Part shown: in pieces, positions 7,101 through 21,296 of the stretch
How positions within the stretch are numbered: position 1 is the stretch's first letter
How the letters are laid out: every line of letters starts with the position of its first letter
Assembly (NCBI GenBank): GCA_902606175.1
Contig: CACLEZ010000003.1
Location: forward strand, 45,765-109,764
Source of the DNA: an uncultured SAR86 cluster bacterium
GTDB lineage: Bacteria; Pseudomonadota; Gammaproteobacteria; Magnimaribacterales; Magnimaribacteraceae
Direction of reading: 5' to 3'
Length of the DNA: 64,000 bases
The notes under the pieces: generated by a model
What the model saw: the letters and a program-made list of their open reading frames with translations, nothing else
The model's database searches: none
Told to the model about the DNA's origin: nothing
Translations under genes and position numbers: made by a program

Positions 7101-10100
7101 ATGAGTTTTTCATATACTGAGAAAAAAAGAGTTAGAAGGAGTTTTGAAAAAATCTCCAGTGTTATGGAGCTTCCAAATCTACTTGCAACTCAAGTCCAGT
7201 CTTATGATGCTTTTTTACAAAGATACGTAGATAGTGAAAAAAGATTGAATGCTGGTCTGGAACAAGTCCTAAATTCGATCTTTCCTATTGAGAGCCATAA
7301 TGGTTTCGCTAGGATGGAGTACTCTGGTTACACTTTAGGCGAACCTATTTTTAACGAAAGAGAGTGCAAGCTTAAAGGTATAACCTACGAAATATCTTTG
7401 CATATTAACTGTGATCTCTTTTTTATAGATAAAGACTCAGGAAAGCTTAAGGAAGGAAAGTCTCAAAGCGTCTATATGGGTACTGTTCCTCTTATGACCG
7501 ATCATGGAACTTTTATAATCAACGGAACAGAAAGAGTTGTTGTTTCTCAGCTACACAGATCTCCTGGATTATTTTTTGATCACGATAAAGGAAAAGGTCA
7601 CTCTTCTGGAAAAGTTTTGTACGGTGCGAGAGTCATACCTTACAGAGGTTCTTGGTTAGACTTTGAATTTGATGCAAAAGATTTAGTTTATGTTCGAATA
7701 GACAGAAGAAGAAAGTTATTAGCTACCATCCTTTTAAAAGCTCTGAAACTAACTAATCAAGAAATCCTTGAAAGATTTTATGAGACGGAAATTTACAAAA
7801 ATAAAAAGAATGATATTTTTCAATTACAGGTCATACCTAGAAGACTTATGGGAAGAGTTTCGCCCGTAGAAATCGAGTCGAAGGGTGAAGTAATCGTCAA
7901 AAAGGGAGACAGGATTAGTGCTAGGCATATAAGAAAAATTGAAAGTGCAAAAATAAAATCACTTGATATGCCAAAAGAGGCAATGTTTGGTCAAGTTATA
8001 GCTAAAGATATTTTGGATAAGTCCACAGGTGAAATCATCATTGAAGCTAATACAATTATTGATGAAGATACTATGCCTGTTCTTGACGAATTAAATTTGT
8101 CAGAACTCGAGACACTGTACATTAATGATATTGAATCAGGACCCTATATTGCTGATACCCTAAGAGCAGATTCAACCACCAACGAAATCGAAGCTTTAGT
8201 TGAAATTTATAGGATGATGAGACCAGGAGAGCCACCAACTAAAGAAGCTGCTACTACCTTATTTAATAACTTGTTTTTTAATGCCGAAAGATATGATCTA
8301 TCTGCTGTTGGAAGAATGAAATTTAATAAAAGGTTAGGAATTGAAGATCTTGAAGGGAGTAGTATTTTAAGTGATGATGATATTTTAAATACTTTAAAGA
8401 CATTGGTATCTATTAGAAATGGACAAGGGAATGTTGATGATATTGATCACCTCGGAAATAGAAGAATTAGGTCAGTAGGTGAAATGGTTTCTAACCAGTA
8501 CAGAATAGGACTTGTGAGAGTTGAAAGAGCTGTGCGAGAAAGATTAGCAACCGCTGAAGCTGATGATTTAGGGCCACAAGACTTAATTAATGCGAAGCCT
8601 GTGTCTGCAGCAGTCAAAGAGTTTTTTGGATCAAGTCAATTATCCCAATTTATGGATCAAAATAACCCTTTATCTGAAGTAACACACAAAAGAAGGGTTT
8701 CTGCATTAGGTCCAGGAGGCCTCACGCGAGAAAGAGCTGGATTCGAAGTAAGAGATGTTCATCCAACTCATTATGGTAGGGTTTGCCCTATTGAGACGCC
8801 TGAAGGTCCTAATATAGGTTTGATAAATTCCTTAGCTGCTTACGCAAGAACTAATGAGTATGGGTTCTTAGAAAGCCCATTTAGAAAGGCTGAGAACGGA
8901 AAAGTTATTGATAGTTTCCATTATCTTTCAGCGATAGAGGAAGGAGATTATGTAATAGCTCAAGCAAGCGCCTTATTGGATTCTTCCAATAATTTTACAG
9001 AAGAACTGGTGCCCGTAAGATATAAAAACGAATTTTCTTTCATGCCTCCTGAACGAGTGGATTTCATGGATGTATCTCCTCAGCAGGCCTTCTCAGTTGC
9101 TGCTTCTCTTATACCCTTTTTAGAGCATGATGATGCAAATAGGGCTTTAATGGGTTCTAACATGATGAGACAGGCAGTACCTACTTTACAAGCCGAAAAG
9201 CCTCTAGTTGGTACAGGCGTTGAAAGACTTGTTGCTAGAGATTCAGGTTCATGTGTCACAGCCTCAAGAGGAGGTACGATAGAAAGTATAGATGCAAGTA
9301 GGATAGTAGTAAGAGTCAATGAAAAAGAAATCCAAGCCGGCGATTCAGGAGTTGATATATATAACTTAATCAAATATACACGTTCTAACCAAAATACTTG
9401 TATAAATCAAAGACCGATCGTCTCTTTGGGAGATAAGATCGATAAGAATGATATCTTGGCTGATGGCCCTTCAATTGACTTAGGCGAATTATCGCTAGGC
9501 CAGAATATAAGAATTGCTTTCATGCCTTGGCATGGTTATAACTTTGAGGACTCAATTCTTATTTCAGATAAGCTGGTCAGAGACGATAAATTTACTAGTA
9601 TACATATACAAGAATTAACTTGTGTGGCCAGAGATACTAAATTAGGGCCGGAAGAAATCTCAGCTGACATACCTAATGTTGGAGATAGCGCTCTCTCAAA
9701 GTTAGATGAATTTGGAATTGTACATATTGGAGCCGAGGTTAAGTCAGGTGATATTTTAGTAGGTAAAGTAACACCAAAAGGTGAAACACAATTAAGCCCA
9801 GAAGAAAAACTGCTTAGAGCAATCTTTGGCGAGAAAGCTTCCGATGTAAAGGATAGTTCCTTGAGAGTTTCTTCAGGCGCTGACGGTACAGTTATAGATG
9901 TTCATGTATTTACAAGGGATGGAATAGAAAAAGACGGCCGTGCAGAATCTATAGAAGAATCACAATTAGCTGAAATTCAAAAAGATATAGACGATGAATT
10001 AAAAATTCTTGAACAAGCTGCACTCTCTCGTCTGGAGTCTATTTTAGTTGGAAAAAAAGTTGCATCAGGCAAAGGGTTAAAAAAAGGTTCAACTATTAAA

Positions 10101-11165
10101 ACTTCTGATCTAGAAGAAATTCCTGAAGATGATTGGTTCAAGGTTAGACTTGATAATGAAAATGCAAATAAACAAATTGAAAATATTGCTAAGAGCTTAG
10201 AGGAATATAAAGAAGATTTGGACATAGCATTTGGAAAAAGAAAATCTAAAGTCACAGATGGTGATGATTTAGCACCTGGGGTTCTCAAAATAGTTAAAGT
10301 TTATTTAGCAATCAAGAGAAGAATTCAGCCAGGAGATAAGCTTGCTGGAAGACATGGAAACAAAGGTGTTATCTCTGTAATTATGCCTGAGGAAGATATG
10401 CCGTTTGATGAAAATGGTCAGCCAGTAGATATTGTTCTCAATCCATTAGGAGTCCCATCTAGAATGAATGTGGGTCAAGTCTTAGAAACTCACCTGGGAT
10501 GGGCTGCAAAAGAACTAGGAACTAAGATTGGAGAGATGATCGATTCCGAAGTGAAAGCAAATGAGATTAGAGGACTTCTTTCAGAGATTTATGAAAAAGA
10601 CGGATCTCAAGATCTTAGTTCTTTAAAAGATAAGGAAATATTAGAGTTAGCAGAAAACCTCAGAGAGGGAGTGCCAATGGCTACTCCAGTATTTGATGGT
10701 GCTAAAGAGTCTGAAGTTAAATCTATGCTCGAACTTGCCGGTTTACCTTCAAGTGGACAAACACAACTATTTGATGGAAGAACTGGTGAGAAGTTTGATA
10801 GAAAAACTACTGTAGGCTACATGTACATCCTTAAATTGAATCATTTAATTGAAGACAAAATGCATGCTCGATCTACGGGTAGTTATAGTCTTGTTACTCA
10901 GCAACCTCTTGGAGGAAAGGCTCAGTTTGGCGGGCAGAGGTTTGGTGAAATGGAAGTTTGGGCTCTCGAGGCTTACGGAGCTGCTCATACACTTCAAGAA
11001 ATGTTAACTGTTAAGTCAGATGATGTTGCGGGTAGAACTAAAGTTTATAAAAACTTAGTTGACGGAAATTTTGAAATGGAAACAGGCGTTCCTGAATCAT
11101 TTAATGTTCTTACTAAAGAGATTAGATCTTTAGGAATTGATATTGATTTAGAACAGATTGACTAG
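7101..11165 (+). CDS. rpoB: RNA polymerase beta subunit
   Basis: [29 protein letters not shown]. Confidence 0.99.
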   Translation: MSFSYTEKKRVRRSFEKISSVMELPNLLATQVQSYDAFLQRYVDSEKRLNAGLEQVLNSIFPIESHNGFARMEYSGYTLGEPIFNERECKLKGITYEISLHINCDLFFIDKDSGKLKEGKSQSVYMGTVPLMTDHGTFIINGTERVVVSQLHRSPGLFFDHDKGKGHSSGKVLYGARVIPYRGSWLDFEFDAKDLVYVRIDRRRKLLATILLKALKLTNQEILERFYETEIYKNKKNDIFQLQVIPRRLMGRVSPVEIESKGEVIVKKGDRISARHIRKIESAKIKSLDMPKEAMFGQVIAKDILDKSTGEIIIEANTIIDEDTMPVLDELNLSELETLYINDIESGPYIADTLRADSTTNEIEALVEIYRMMRPGEPPTKEAATTLFNNLFFNAERYDLSAVGRMKFNKRLGIEDLEGSSILSDDDILNTLKTLVSIRNGQGNVDDIDHLGNRRIRSVGEMVSNQYRIGLVRVERAVRERLATAEADDLGPQDLINAKPVSAAVKEFFGSSQLSQFMDQNNPLSEVTHKRRVSALGPGGLTRERAGFEVRDVHPTHYGRVCPIETPEGPNIGLINSLAAYARTNEYGFLESPFRKAENGKVIDSFHYLSAIEEGDYVIAQASALLDSSNNFTEELVPVRYKNEFSFMPPERVDFMDVSPQQAFSVAASLIPFLEHDDANRALMGSNMMRQAVPTLQAEKPLVGTGVERLVARDSGSCVTASRGGTIESIDASRIVVRVNEKEIQAGDSGVDIYNLIKYTRSNQNTCINQRPIVSLGDKIDKNDILADGPSIDLGELSLGQNIRIAFMPWHGYNFEDSILISDKLVRDDKFTSIHIQELTCVARDTKLGPEEISADIPNVGDSALSKLDEFGIVHIGAEVKSGDILVGKVTPKGETQLSPEEKLLRAIFGEKASDVKDSSLRVSSGADGTVIDVHVFTRDGIEKDGRAESIEESQLAEIQKDIDDELKILEQAALSRLESILVGKKVASGKGLKKGSTIKTSDLEEIPEDDWFKVRLDNENANKQIENIAKSLEEYKEDLDIAFGKRKSKVTDGDDLAPGVLKIVKVYLAIKRRIQPGDKLAGRHGNKGVISVIMPEEDMPFDENGQPVDIVLNPLGVPSRMNVGQVLETHLGWAAKELGTKIGEMIDSEVKANEIRGLLSEIYEKDGSQDLSSLKDKEILELAENLREGVPMATPVFDGAKESEVKSMLELAGLPSSGQTQLFDGRTGEKFDRKTTVGYMYILKLNHLIEDKMHARSTGSYSLVTQQPLGGKAQFGGQRFGEMEVWALEAYGAAHTLQEMLTVKSDDVAGRTKVYKNLVDGNFEMETGVPESFNVLTKEIRSLGIDIDLEQID

Positions 11166-11174
11166 GAGAATAAT

Positions 11175-14100
11175 TTGAAAGATTTAGTAGATTTATTAAA
11201 AACACAAGGCCATGGAGTTGAATACAATTCAATAAGAGCTGGTTTGGCTTCACCTCAACAAATTAGATCTTGGTCTTACGGAGAAGTTAAGAAACCAGAA
11301 ACTATTAATTACAGGACCTTCAAACCTGAAAGAGATGGTTTATTCTGCGCTAAAATTTTTGGACCTATCAAGGATTACGAATGCATATGCGGTAAGTATA
11401 AAAGAATGAAGCACAGAGGAGTGGTGTGCGAGAAATGTGGTGTTGAGGTGACACTTTCAAAAGTAAGAAGGGAAAGAATGGGTCATATAGAATTAGCTGC
11501 TCCGGTAGCTCACATATGGTTTTTAAAGTCATTACCTTCTAGGCTTGCTTTAGCATTAGACTTAACACTCAAAGACTTAGAAAGAGTTTTGTACTTTGAA
11601 TCATTCATAGTAACAGAACCGGGAATGACAGATTTAGAAGTAGGTCAGCTACTAACAGATGAAGAATACTATGAAGCTTTAGAGACTTGGGGTGATGAGT
11701 TTGAGGCAGGAATGGGTGCGGAATCTATCCAAACTTTATTGAAAGAATTAGATCTAGAGGCTTCAATTAAAGACATCCAAGAGGAAATGCCTTTAACAAA
11801 GTCAGAAGCCAAGCTGAAGAAGTATGCTAAGAGACTAAAATTACTTAAATCATTTAATGAATCAGGTAATAGACCAGAGTGGATGATTCTAGAAGTTCTA
11901 CCTATTTTACCACCTGACCTTAGACCCTTAGTACCTTTAGAGGGAGGAAGATTTGCAACATCAGATTTAAATGACTTGTATAGAAGAGTAATAAATAGAA
12001 ATAATCGATTGAAACGACTTCTGGATCTAAATGCTCCAGATATCATTACAAGAAATGAAAAAAGAATGCTACAGGAATCAGTTGACGCACTATTGGATAA
12101 CGGAAGGAGAGGAAGAGCAGTAACTGGTTCTAATAAAAGACCTTTAAAATCTCTTGCAGATATGATTAAAGGCAAGCAGGGAAGGTTTAGACAAAACCTT
12201 CTTGGCAAGAGAGTAGATTATTCCGGTCGTTCAGTAATAGTAGTAGGACCCACTCTTAAATTACATCAATGTGGATTGCCTAAGAAAATGGCTCTTGAGC
12301 TTTTCAAACCATTTGTTTTTGGAAAACTTCAACAATTAGAATTAGCTAATACAATTAAACTTGCTAAACGTATGGTGGACAGAGAAGAACCTGAAGTTTG
12401 GGATATTTTAGATGAAGTTATCAGAGAACATCCTGTCATGCTCAATCGTGCACCTACATTGCACAGATTAGGTATTCAAGCTTTTGAACCAGTTCTAGTG
12501 GAAGGTAAGGCTATTCAACTTCACCCATTAGTCTGTAAGGCATATAACGCTGACTTTGATGGAGATCAGATGGCTGTGCATGTTCCTTTAACATTAGAGG
12601 CACAACTTGAATGTAGAGCTTTGATGATGGCTACAAACAACATTCTCTCACCTTCAAATGGTAAGCCCATCATCGATCCTTCACAAGATGTAGTTTTAGG
12701 TCTTTATTATATGTCTAGAGAAAAGATCAATGATCTAGGTGAAGGAAGGATCATGTCTTGTCCAGATGAAGTCAATAGAGCTTATTATTCTGGAACCGTT
12801 GGTCTTCAGGCTAAGATCAAGGTTAGATTAAAACCAAATAAACTAGATGATGAACCTTCTCAGATAGTAGAAACAACTACTGGAAGAACTCTTCTCTATG
12901 AACTTCTACCTGAAGGTATGTCCTTTGATCTTGTAAACAGAACATTGGACAGCAAACAGATTTCTTCACTTATCGATTTTGTTTATAGAAAAGCTGGTTT
13001 GAAAAGTACAGTTATTTTCGCAGATAGACTGATGTATATGGGATATGAATTCTCAACTAAATCAGGTTCTTCTATCGGGATAGACGACTTCGTTATTCCA
13101 GATGATAAACAAAAAATTGTCGGCGAGGCCGAACAAGAAGTTAAAGATATTGAATCGCAGTTTGCTTCCGGACTTGTCACAAAAGGCGAAAAATATAATA
13201 AAGCCATTGATATATGGACGAGAGCAAATGAAATGATTGCAAAGTCTATGATGGACAATATTTCTCAAGAGGAAGTTGAAGATTCAGAAGGTAATAAAAT
13301 TCTTTCTGATTCATTTAACTCAGTCTTTATGTATGCAGATTCTGGATCTAGAGGGTCACCAGCTCAAATAAGACAATTAGCTGGCATGAGAGGTTTACTT
13401 GCTAAACCAGATGGATCGATAATTGAGACTCCTGTGACCTCTAATTTCAGAGAAGGTCTTACCGCTCAAGAATATTTTATTTCAACTCACGGTGCTAGAA
13501 AAGGTCTTGCTGATACGGCTCTCAAAACAGCTAACTCTGGATACTTAACTAGACGTTTAGTTGATGTAGCTCAAGATATGGTCGTGAGCGAAGAAGATTG
13601 CGGAACTGAGAATGGCATATTAATGAGACCTATAATCGATGGAGGCCAAGTTCTTGTACCTCTTGGGGACAGAGTTCTAGGAAGAACTGTTGCTGTTGAT
13701 GTCATGTCACAAGATGGTAAAGACGTTCTTTTAAAGAAAGGGACTTTAATTGATGAAGATATCGTCGATAGTTTAGATGAAAAAAATATCTATGAGATTA
13801 AGGTAAGGTCTGCCATTCATTGTGAAACAATTCATGGTATTTGTGCGAAATGTTACGGACGAGATCTCGGAAGAGGTCACAAAGTTGATATTGGCGAGTC
13901 AGTTGGAATTGTTGCAGCGCAATCAATTGGAGAGCCAGGCACTCAGCTTACTATGAGAACATTTCATATAGGAGGAGCCGCCTCCGGAACTTCAGCTGAA
14001 GACAACATTGAAACTAATTTTCCTGGAAAAGTTGTGTATAGCACTAGAACTGTCAAGAAGAAGGATGGTACTTTCATTACTCTAGCTCAGTCTTCCCAAA

Positions 14101-15338
14101 TAAATGTTATTGACGACAGAGGAATGGTAGTGGAAAGTCATAAAGTTCCCTACGGTACAGTTATTAATTACTCCTCTGACAGTAAAGTCGAGGCTGGGGA
14201 TGTACTAGCTAAATGGGATCCGCTTACAAGACCTGTTGTTGCAGAAGTGGCTGGTAAGGCAAAATTTGTCGATATTGAAGATGGTATAACTGCTAGAGTT
14301 AAACAAGATGATATAACTGGATTGAGTAACATTGAAATTATAGATGTTACCGAAAGACCTAAAGGAGAAGCTCAGGATAAACGTCCTGCCATTCACATAG
14401 TTGACGGGAGAGGTAAAGAAAAGACTCTACCTGATTCTGAAGCTCCTGCTGTTTATACCTTACCTGGCAATGCATTTTTACAGCTTACTGATGGTCAAGA
14501 CATTGAAGTTGGAGGAGTAATAGCAAGAATATCTCAGGCATCAACTAAAACAAAAGATATCACAGGTGGTCTTCCTAGAGTTGCAGATCTATTTGAAGCT
14601 AGAAAGCCTAAAGAACAAGCAATTTTAGCCCAAGAGTCTGGAATCGTATCGTGGGGTAAACCAACCAAAGGCAAAGAGAGATTAATCATTACTGATGAAG
14701 ATGGAAACGAAAATGCTACTCTTATACCTAAAACGAGACATATAAATGTCTTTGAAGGTGAAAGGGTTGAAAAAGGAGACATAGTTTCTGATGGTGCGAT
14801 GAGTCCACATGATATTTTAGCCTTAAGAGGACTTGAAGAGCTCACAGAATACATAGTAGATGGCATTCAAGAAGTTTATAGGCTTCAAGGTGTCAGTATC
14901 AACGATAAACATATTGAGGTGATATTAAATCAAATGCTTAGAAAAGTCGTGATAACAGATCCTGGCGACTCTGAATTAATCCTTGGAGAGCAAGCAGAAT
15001 TTTCTAAAGTAAGTGAAATTAACCTATCGTTGCGAGAAGCAAAAAAAGCTGAAATAAAATTTGAAAGAATCCTTCTCGGAATTACAAAAGCTTCACTTGC
15101 TACTGAATCATTTATTTCTGCTGCATCTTTCCAAGAGACAACAAGAGTACTTACGGAAGCAGCCACTACAGGAAGAGTAGATCATTTAAGGGGCCTTAAA
15201 GAGAATGTTGTAGTAGGAAGGTTAATTCCTGCTGGTTCTGGTCTAGCAAAACTTAACTCTGAAGTTGAAAATGTTGAAGAAGAATTTGAGATAGATCTTG
15301 AAAAGGCACTAAGCGATGCGCTCAACGAAGCTGAGTAA
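11175..15338 (+). CDS. rpoC: RNA polymerase beta' subunit (TTG start)
   Basis: NADFDGD catalytic motif, zinc-binding Cys motifs. Confidence 0.99.
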   Translation: MKDLVDLLKTQGHGVEYNSIRAGLASPQQIRSWSYGEVKKPETINYRTFKPERDGLFCAKIFGPIKDYECICGKYKRMKHRGVVCEKCGVEVTLSKVRRERMGHIELAAPVAHIWFLKSLPSRLALALDLTLKDLERVLYFESFIVTEPGMTDLEVGQLLTDEEYYEALETWGDEFEAGMGAESIQTLLKELDLEASIKDIQEEMPLTKSEAKLKKYAKRLKLLKSFNESGNRPEWMILEVLPILPPDLRPLVPLEGGRFATSDLNDLYRRVINRNNRLKRLLDLNAPDIITRNEKRMLQESVDALLDNGRRGRAVTGSNKRPLKSLADMIKGKQGRFRQNLLGKRVDYSGRSVIVVGPTLKLHQCGLPKKMALELFKPFVFGKLQQLELANTIKLAKRMVDREEPEVWDILDEVIREHPVMLNRAPTLHRLGIQAFEPVLVEGKAIQLHPLVCKAYNADFDGDQMAVHVPLTLEAQLECRALMMATNNILSPSNGKPIIDPSQDVVLGLYYMSREKINDLGEGRIMSCPDEVNRAYYSGTVGLQAKIKVRLKPNKLDDEPSQIVETTTGRTLLYELLPEGMSFDLVNRTLDSKQISSLIDFVYRKAGLKSTVIFADRLMYMGYEFSTKSGSSIGIDDFVIPDDKQKIVGEAEQEVKDIESQFASGLVTKGEKYNKAIDIWTRANEMIAKSMMDNISQEEVEDSEGNKILSDSFNSVFMYADSGSRGSPAQIRQLAGMRGLLAKPDGSIIETPVTSNFREGLTAQEYFISTHGARKGLADTALKTANSGYLTRRLVDVAQDMVVSEEDCGTENGILMRPIIDGGQVLVPLGDRVLGRTVAVDVMSQDGKDVLLKKGTLIDEDIVDSLDEKNIYEIKVRSAIHCETIHGICAKCYGRDLGRGHKVDIGESVGIVAAQSIGEPGTQLTMRTFHIGGAASGTSAEDNIETNFPGKVVYSTRTVKKKDGTFITLAQSSQINVIDDRGMVVESHKVPYGTVINYSSDSKVEAGDVLAKWDPLTRPVVAEVAGKAKFVDIEDGITARVKQDDITGLSNIEIIDVTERPKGEAQDKRPAIHIVDGRGKEKTLPDSEAPAVYTLPGNAFLQLTDGQDIEVGGVIARISQASTKTKDITGGLPRVADLFEARKPKEQAILAQESGIVSWGKPTKGKERLIITDEDGNENATLIPKTRHINVFEGERVEKGDIVSDGAMSPHDILALRGLEELTEYIVDGIQEVYRLQGVSINDKHIEVILNQMLRKVVITDPGDSELILGEQAEFSKVSEINLSLREAKKAEIKFERILLGITKASLATESFISAASFQETTRVLTEAATTGRVDHLRGLKENVVVGRLIPAGSGLAKLNSEVENVEEEFEIDLEKALSDALNEAE

Positions 15339-15342
15339 TACG

Positions 15343-15371
15343 TTGACGTGGAACATGCCTCTCTTTACAAT
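15343..15371 (+). promoter_or_regulatory. str operon sigma70 promoter
   Basis: TTGACG-17-TACAAT, then TCGCG. Confidence 0.8.
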
Positions 15372-15394
15372 TCGCGACCTTTAGAAAAATAAAT

Positions 15395-15766
15395 ATGGCA
15401 ACAGTTAATCAATTAGTAAGAAAACCTCGTAAGAGAAAAGTCTCTAAAACAGATGTACCTGCATTAAAAGGTTCTCCTCAAAGGAGAGGAGTCTGCACCA
15501 GGGTATATACAACAACTCCTAAAAAACCAAATTCTGCTTTAAGAAAGGTTTGCAAAGTAAGATTAACTTCAGGCTTTGAAGTGATATCCTATATAGGTGG
15601 TGAAGGACATAACCTTCAAGAACACTCTGTTGTGCTTATTAGAGGAGGAAGGGTCAAAGATCTTCCAGGAGTTCGATACCACACAGTTAGAGGGACTCTA
15701 GATACTGCTGGCGTGGATGATAGAAAACAACGCCGTTCTAAGTATGGCGCAAAGAAACCTAAGTAG
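15395..15766 (+). CDS. rpsL: 30S ribosomal protein S12
   Basis: [22 protein letters not shown]. Confidence 0.99.
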   Translation: MATVNQLVRKPRKRKVSKTDVPALKGSPQRRGVCTRVYTTTPKKPNSALRKVCKVRLTSGFEVISYIGGEGHNLQEHSVVLIRGGRVKDLPGVRYHTVRGTLDTAGVDDRKQRRSKYGAKKPK

Positions 15767-15768
15767 AT

Positions 15769-16239
15769 ATGTCTAGAAGAAAAGCAGCACCCAAAAGAAA
15801 AATTTTACCTGATCCCAAGTTCGGCAATTTAAAAGTTGCTAAGTTTATGAATCAAATCATGACGGATGGAAAAAAGTCTGTTGCTGAAAAAATCATCTAT
15901 GGAGCATTTGACGAGATATCCAAGAAATCAGACAAAGAACCTGTAGAAGTTTTTGAAAAAGCTTTAGAGGAAGTTGGCCCTATGGTTGAAGTAAAAGCGA
16001 GAAGAGTCGGTGGTGCTACTTACCAAATACCCATGGAAGTTCGACCTGCAAGAAGAAGCGCACTAGCTATGCGTTGGATAGCAACTTATGCTAGATCTAG
16101 ATCAGAAAAGAATATGACACTTAGATTAGCTAATGAGCTCTTAGATGCCTGTGAAGGAAGAGGTGAAGCAGTCAAGAAGAAAGAAGATACACATAGAATG
16201 GCAGAGGCAAATAGAGCTTTTTCCCATTTTAGATTTTAA
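15769..16239 (+). CDS. rpsG: 30S ribosomal protein S7
   Basis: [19 protein letters not shown]. Confidence 0.99.
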   Translation: MSRRKAAPKRKILPDPKFGNLKVAKFMNQIMTDGKKSVAEKIIYGAFDEISKKSDKEPVEVFEKALEEVGPMVEVKARRVGGATYQIPMEVRPARRSALAMRWIATYARSRSEKNMTLRLANELLDACEGRGEAVKKKEDTHRMAEANRAFSHFRF

Positions 16240-16259
16240 TAATTACTTTTAAAAAAATT

Positions 16260-18368
16260 ATGGCCAGAACTACTCCGCTAGAATTGTATAGAAATATTGG
16301 TATTTGCGCGCACGTTGATGCAGGAAAAACTACTACAACTGAGAGAGTTCTCTTTTATACAGGCATATCTCACAAAATAGGTGAAGTTCATGATGGAGCT
16401 GCCGTCATGGATTGGATGGAGCAAGAACAAGAGAGAGGTATTACTATCACATCTGCTGCAACTACTTGTTTTTGGGAAGGTACAGCTAAACAATTTAAGC
16501 AGCATAGATTCAACATAATCGATACACCTGGTCACGTTGATTTTACTATTGAAGTCGAACGTTCTCTCAGAGTTTTGGATGGTGCAGTAGTAGTTTTTTG
16601 TGGTAGCTCTGGGGTTGAACCCCAATCTGAAACTGTTTGGAGACAGGCTAATAGATATGAGGTTCCAAGAATTGCATTTATCAATAAGATGGATAGAGCT
16701 GGAGCAGATTTCTTAAAAGTTATTGATCAAATGCAAACTAGATTAGGAGCTAATGCTGTTCCTGTACAACTTGCCATAGGTGCTGAAGATGATTTTAAGG
16801 GCGTAGTAGACCTCATCAAAATGAAGGCCATTTACTGGAATGGTGATGATATGGGCACAACCTTCACGGAGGAAGACATACCGGATGACCTCAAATCTCT
16901 AGCTGAAGAATGGCGTGAAAAGATGGTAGAGTCAGCAGGTGAAGCCAACGAAGAGCTAATGGATAAGTATCTCGAAGAAGGAGATTTATCACCAGAAGAC
17001 ATAAAAACTGGTTTGAGAATCAGAACCCTAGAAAATGAAATAGTTCCTTGTCTATGTGGTTCAGCTTTTAAAAATAAAGGTGTTCAAACAATGCTTGATG
17101 CAGTCGTAGATTTTCTTCCAGCACCAAATGAAGTAAAAGCTGTTACTGGTGTTTTAGACAATGAGGATGAAGGCAGTAGAGACTCTGATGATGAAGCTCC
17201 CTTTGCCGGTATAGCTTTCAAAATAGCTACTGATCCTTTTGTAGGTTCCCTTACGTTTGTAAGGGTCTACTCAGGTGTTTTAAATACTGGAGATTCAGTA
17301 TATCTTCCAATTAAAGGCAAGAAAGAGAGAATTGGTCGAATGCTTCAAATGCATTCAAATAAAAGAGATGAAATCTCTGAAGCAAGAGCTGGAGATATCT
17401 GTGCAGTAATAGGTTTAAAAGAAGCAATTACGGGTGAAACTTTATGTGATGAAAAGAATAAGATCACGCTTGAATCTATGAATTTTCCAGAACCTGTGAT
17501 TTCTGTAGCAGTTGAGCCTAAAACTAAAGAAGATCAAGAAAAAATGGGCGTTGCTTTAGGTAGATTAGCTCAAGAAGATCCATCTTTCAGACTAAGAACA
17601 GACGAAGAATCTGGGCAAACAATTATGTCGGGTATGGGAGAACTTCACCTAGATGTCCTAGTGGATAGGATGAGAAGAGAATTTGGTGTTGAGGCAAATG
17701 TTGGAAAGCCTCAAGTGGCTTATAGAGAATCTATAAGGAAGTATGTAGAAGAAGAAGCTAAATTTGTTCGCCAATCAGGTGGAAGAGGACAATATGGTCA
17801 CGTCTACATCAAGATGGAGCCCTTAGAAGAACAAGATGATGATAAGGATGAAAACTATCAATTCGTAAATGAGATAGTTGGAGGAGCTATACCTCGGGAA
17901 TTCATAGGCGCAGTTGATAAAGGCTGTCGCGAACAAATGGAAGCCGGTGTTATCGCGGGGTATCCTCTTGTGAAGGTAAAAGTAACACTATACGACGGTT
18001 CTTATCATGATGTTGATTCTAGTGAAGTTGCTTTTAAAGTAGCAGGTTCAATGGCCTTCAAAGGTGGTGCTCAAAAAGCAGATCCTGTATTGCTTGAACC
18101 TATAATGAGTATTGAAATAGTCACTCCCGAAGAGTATATGGGAGATGTAGTCGGCGACTTAAGCAGAAGAAGAGGAGTCGTTCATGGGATGGAGGAAGGA
18201 CCCTCTGGAAAGATAGTTTCAGGGGAAGTTCCCCTTGCTGAAATGTTTGGATATGCAACAGATATAAGGTCTGCATCTCAAGGTAGAGCAACCTTCACAA
18301 TGGAACCCTTGAAGTATTCAGAAGTTCCTTCAAATGTTGCTGAAGCGATAATAAGTAAAAACGATTAG
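16260..18368 (+). CDS. fusA: Elongation factor G
   Basis: [21 protein letters not shown]. Confidence 0.99.
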   Translation: MARTTPLELYRNIGICAHVDAGKTTTTERVLFYTGISHKIGEVHDGAAVMDWMEQEQERGITITSAATTCFWEGTAKQFKQHRFNIIDTPGHVDFTIEVERSLRVLDGAVVVFCGSSGVEPQSETVWRQANRYEVPRIAFINKMDRAGADFLKVIDQMQTRLGANAVPVQLAIGAEDDFKGVVDLIKMKAIYWNGDDMGTTFTEEDIPDDLKSLAEEWREKMVESAGEANEELMDKYLEEGDLSPEDIKTGLRIRTLENEIVPCLCGSAFKNKGVQTMLDAVVDFLPAPNEVKAVTGVLDNEDEGSRDSDDEAPFAGIAFKIATDPFVGSLTFVRVYSGVLNTGDSVYLPIKGKKERIGRMLQMHSNKRDEISEARAGDICAVIGLKEAITGETLCDEKNKITLESMNFPEPVISVAVEPKTKEDQEKMGVALGRLAQEDPSFRLRTDEESGQTIMSGMGELHLDVLVDRMRREFGVEANVGKPQVAYRESIRKYVEEEAKFVRQSGGRGQYGHVYIKMEPLEEQDDDKDENYQFVNEIVGGAIPREFIGAVDKGCREQMEAGVIAGYPLVKVKVTLYDGSYHDVDSSEVAFKVAGSMAFKGGAQKADPVLLEPIMSIEIVTPEEYMGDVVGDLSRRRGVVHGMEEGPSGKIVSGEVPLAEMFGYATDIRSASQGRATFTMEPLKYSEVPSNVAEAIISKND

Positions 18369-18429
18369 TATTTCTTGTTATAAAGTTAGTTAAAACCCCT
18401 TTTAATATAGGTTTTTTCTACTTTTTTAG

Positions 18430-18458
18430 TTGACACAAAGGGGTCACAAAACTAGAAT
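18430..18458 (+). promoter_or_regulatory. S10 operon sigma70 promoter
   Basis: TTGACA-17-TAGAAT. Confidence 0.85.
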
Positions 18459-18480
18459 CACCGCTCGTTTAGTTGGAGGG

Positions 18481-18557
18481 GCCTTACACCTAGAATATTC
18501 TGGGGTTAAGGCGAATTAATTTAATAAATCAACCTACACTGTAGGGGGGTTTTTTTA
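18481..18557 (+). promoter_or_regulatory. S10 leader hairpins / attenuator-like structure
   Basis: Hairpin GCCTTA...TAAGGC (18481-18512), then CCTAC/GTAGG hairpin followed by a G-run and U-run; same position as the L4-responsive S10 leader. Confidence 0.65.
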
Positions 18558-18589
18558 CGCTCTGTATTTTAGGGCTTGAAAGGAAAAAC

Positions 18590-18910
18590 ATGCAAAATCA
18601 AAGCATTAGAATTAGGCTAAAAGCTTTTGACCATAAGCTTATTGACCGTTCTGCTAAAGAGATAGTGGAAACGGTTAAACGTACTGGAGCAAAGGTCAAA
18701 GGTCCTATACCAATGCCAGTAAAGAAACATAAGACTACTATCCTAATATCTCCTCACAAAGACAAAGACGCCAGAGACCAGTACGAAATCAGAACTCATA
18801 AAAGAACGCTAGATATCCTAGAACCCTCAGAAAAAACACTTGATGCTTTAACAAAGTTAGAATTATCTGCTGGAGTGGTTGTGCAAATTAGTTTAGACGA
18901 GAACAAATAA
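18590..18910 (+). CDS. rpsJ: 30S ribosomal protein S10
   Basis: [27 protein letters not shown]. Confidence 0.99.
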   Translation: MQNQSIRIRLKAFDHKLIDRSAKEIVETVKRTGAKVKGPIPMPVKKHKTTILISPHKDKDARDQYEIRTHKRTLDILEPSEKTLDALTKLELSAGVVVQISLDENK

Positions 18911-18911
18911 A

Positions 18912-19547
18912 ATGAGCATAGGATTGATAGGAAAAAAACAAGGCATGACGAGGCTTTTCACACCTGAAGGTGATGCTTTTGCAGTTAGTGTTGTAAGTGT
19001 CAATCCAAATATTATTACTCAAATAAAGTCTGAAGAAGTTGATGGTTATTCTTCTGTTCAAGTGACAACAGGTCAAAAGAAAGACAAACATCTTTCTAAA
19101 CCTCTATCGGGTCATTACAAAAAGGGGTCAGTAAATCCTGGAGATGGACTTTGGGAATTTAGAGTAAATGTCGAAGATCTCGAGGACTTAAAAATTGGAA
19201 GCCAGTTGAACATTGATATGTTTGAAGAAGGCCAAAAGATAGATGTTCAGGGCAAGTCGAAAGGAAAAGGTTTTGCTGGAACTGTTAAAAGATGGAATTT
19301 CAAAATGCAAGATGCTACACACGGAAATTCAATTTCCCATAGGGCACCTGGTTCAATAGGACAGTGCCAAACTCCAGGTAAAGTCTGGAAAGGAAAGAAA
19401 ATGTCAGGCCACATGGGTGATGAGAAAAAGACAATACAAAACCTTAAAATTGCTTCTGTAGATATGGAGAACAACTTATTACTTATCAAAGGAGCCATAC
19501 CAGGCCCTACAGGTTCTAATGTAATCCTTAAACCTACAGTAAAATAA
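18912..19547 (+). CDS. rplC: 50S ribosomal protein L3
   Basis: [15 protein letters not shown]. Confidence 0.99.
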   Translation: MSIGLIGKKQGMTRLFTPEGDAFAVSVVSVNPNIITQIKSEEVDGYSSVQVTTGQKKDKHLSKPLSGHYKKGSVNPGDGLWEFRVNVEDLEDLKIGSQLNIDMFEEGQKIDVQGKSKGKGFAGTVKRWNFKMQDATHGNSISHRAPGSIGQCQTPGKVWKGKKMSGHMGDEKKTIQNLKIASVDMENNLLLIKGAIPGPTGSNVILKPTVK

Positions 19548-19548
19548 T

Positions 19549-20172
19549 ATGGAACTAGAAGTACTAAATCAGAATGGTTCCGGAGACTCGAAAGTTTCTC
19601 TGGCTGATAGTGTATTCAATCAAGAATTTAACCAAGATCTGGTTCATCAACTAGTCAATACTTATATCCATAATAGTCACCAGAGAACTAAAGGACAAAA
19701 GAATAGATCGGCTGTTAGAGGAGGAGGTAAAAAGCCTTGGAAGCAAAAGGGTACTGGAAGGGCAAGAGCTGGAACAATAAGGTCTCCAATTTGGAGAGGC
19801 GGCGGTATGACATTTGCCCACACCTACAGTGATATCAAACCTAAAAAGATCAACAAAAAGATGTATAGATCTGCTATGAGATCAATTTGGTCTAAGCTAG
19901 CTGAAGAGAATAGGCTTGTAGCGGTCAATGATCTAAAAATAGATGAGCCAGTTAAATCTTCTCAAGTAAAAACTATACTTTCAGATTTAGGTCTCAGTAC
20001 GGCTCTAATTGTTCTATCCAGTAGTAATGATAATTTGAATAAAGCTTCAAAAAATCTCACTCAATGCAAAGTTCAAACTATCAGTTCAATAGATCCATCA
20101 GCCCTGATTCAAGCTGAAAAGGTGGTTGTAACATCAGCAACATTAGAAAAATTAACAGAGGTGCTTTCATAA
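19549..20172 (+). CDS. rplD: 50S ribosomal protein L4
   Basis: KPWKQKGTGRARAG. Confidence 0.99.
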   Translation: MELEVLNQNGSGDSKVSLADSVFNQEFNQDLVHQLVNTYIHNSHQRTKGQKNRSAVRGGGKKPWKQKGTGRARAGTIRSPIWRGGGMTFAHTYSDIKPKKINKKMYRSAMRSIWSKLAEENRLVAVNDLKIDEPVKSSQVKTILSDLGLSTALIVLSSSNDNLNKASKNLTQCKVQTISSIDPSALIQAEKVVVTSATLEKLTEVLS

Positions 20173-20462
20173 TGGAAACTGAACTTTATTCAGTCATTAA
20201 GTCACCTTACTTAACAGAAAAGGTTTCTTCTCTAATGGGTGAGTCAAATCAATATGCTTTTAAAGTGGATATAAACGCAACTAAACTTCAAGTAAAAAAG
20301 GCTGTAGAAGGTTATTTTTCTGTCAATGTTGAAGATGTGAATATAATTAAAGTTAAAGGAAAAACCAAAAGGTCTAGATACAGAATCAGGAAGAAATCCG
20401 ACTGGAAAAAAGCTTACGTAAGATTAGCTGATGGTCAATCTATAGAGGTTACTTCAGAATAA
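20172..20462 (+). CDS. rplW: 50S ribosomal protein L23
   Basis: TEK and WKKAYV motifs; synteny. Confidence 0.98.
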   Translation: METELYSVIKSPYLTEKVSSLMGESNQYAFKVDINATKLQVKKAVEGYFSVNVEDVNIIKVKGKTKRSRYRIRKKSDWKKAYVRLADGQSIEVTSE

Positions 20463-21292
20463 TGGCTACTCAAATAAAAAAATCAAAACCTACTTCTCCT
20501 GGAAGGAGATTCAGATCTTGGGTTTCAAGAGACGATCTTCATAAAGGAGATCCTTATGCTCCTCTTCTAGAAGCGAAAAAACAGAAATCTGGCCGAAATA
20601 ATCAAGGCCGAATAACTACAAGACACCGCGGGGGTGGGCATAAAAAACATTACAGAATTATTGATTTCAAAAGATTAAAAGACGGTATACCAGCCAAAGT
20701 AGAAACAGTTGAGTACGATCCTAATAGATCTGCAAATATTGCATTATTACTATACGCAGATGGAGAAAGAACTTACATAATCTCTCCTGACGGACTAAAT
20801 GTCGGTGATACGCTCCTTTCCGGTAAAGATTCTCCAATTTCTCCAGGAAATTGCATGTCACTTAAAGATATGCCTCTTGGTACTGTCGTTCATGCTATTG
20901 AATTATTCCCAGGAAAAGGTGCGCAGATGGCAAGAAGTGCTGGCACATCTGCACAAATATTAGCAATAGAAGGTAGATATGTAACTTTAAGACTTAGAAG
21001 TGGAGAAGTTAGAAGAGTTTTATCTGAATGTAGAGCCACTATAGGTAGCGTATCTAATTCTGAACACTCCCTTCGTTCCATAGGTAAAGCTGGCGCAAAA
21101 AGGTGGTTAGGAATTCGTCCTACAGTCAGGGGTGTTGCTATGAACCCTGTTGATCACCCACATGGTGGTGGAGAAGGTAAGACTTCGGGCGGAAGACATC
21201 CAGTTACTCCATGGGGTGTTCCCACAAAGGGATACAAAACTCGTAAGAAAAATAAATCCAGCAATCGAATGATTGTAAGAAGAAGAAACTAG
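20462..21292 (+). CDS. rplB: 50S ribosomal protein L2
   Basis: [21 protein letters not shown]. Confidence 0.99.
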   Translation: MATQIKKSKPTSPGRRFRSWVSRDDLHKGDPYAPLLEAKKQKSGRNNQGRITTRHRGGGHKKHYRIIDFKRLKDGIPAKVETVEYDPNRSANIALLLYADGERTYIISPDGLNVGDTLLSGKDSPISPGNCMSLKDMPLGTVVHAIELFPGKGAQMARSAGTSAQILAIEGRYVTLRLRSGEVRRVLSECRATIGSVSNSEHSLRSIGKAGAKRWLGIRPTVRGVAMNPVDHPHGGGEGKTSGGRHPVTPWGVPTKGYKTRKKNKSSNRMIVRRRN

Positions 21293-21296
21293 AATT

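Noticed and set aside
8600-8720. Rifampicin-resistance substitutions in RpoB (and streptomycin resistance in S12)
   Set aside because: Cluster I residues (Q, D, H, S) and the S12 Lys motifs are of the usual sensitive type.
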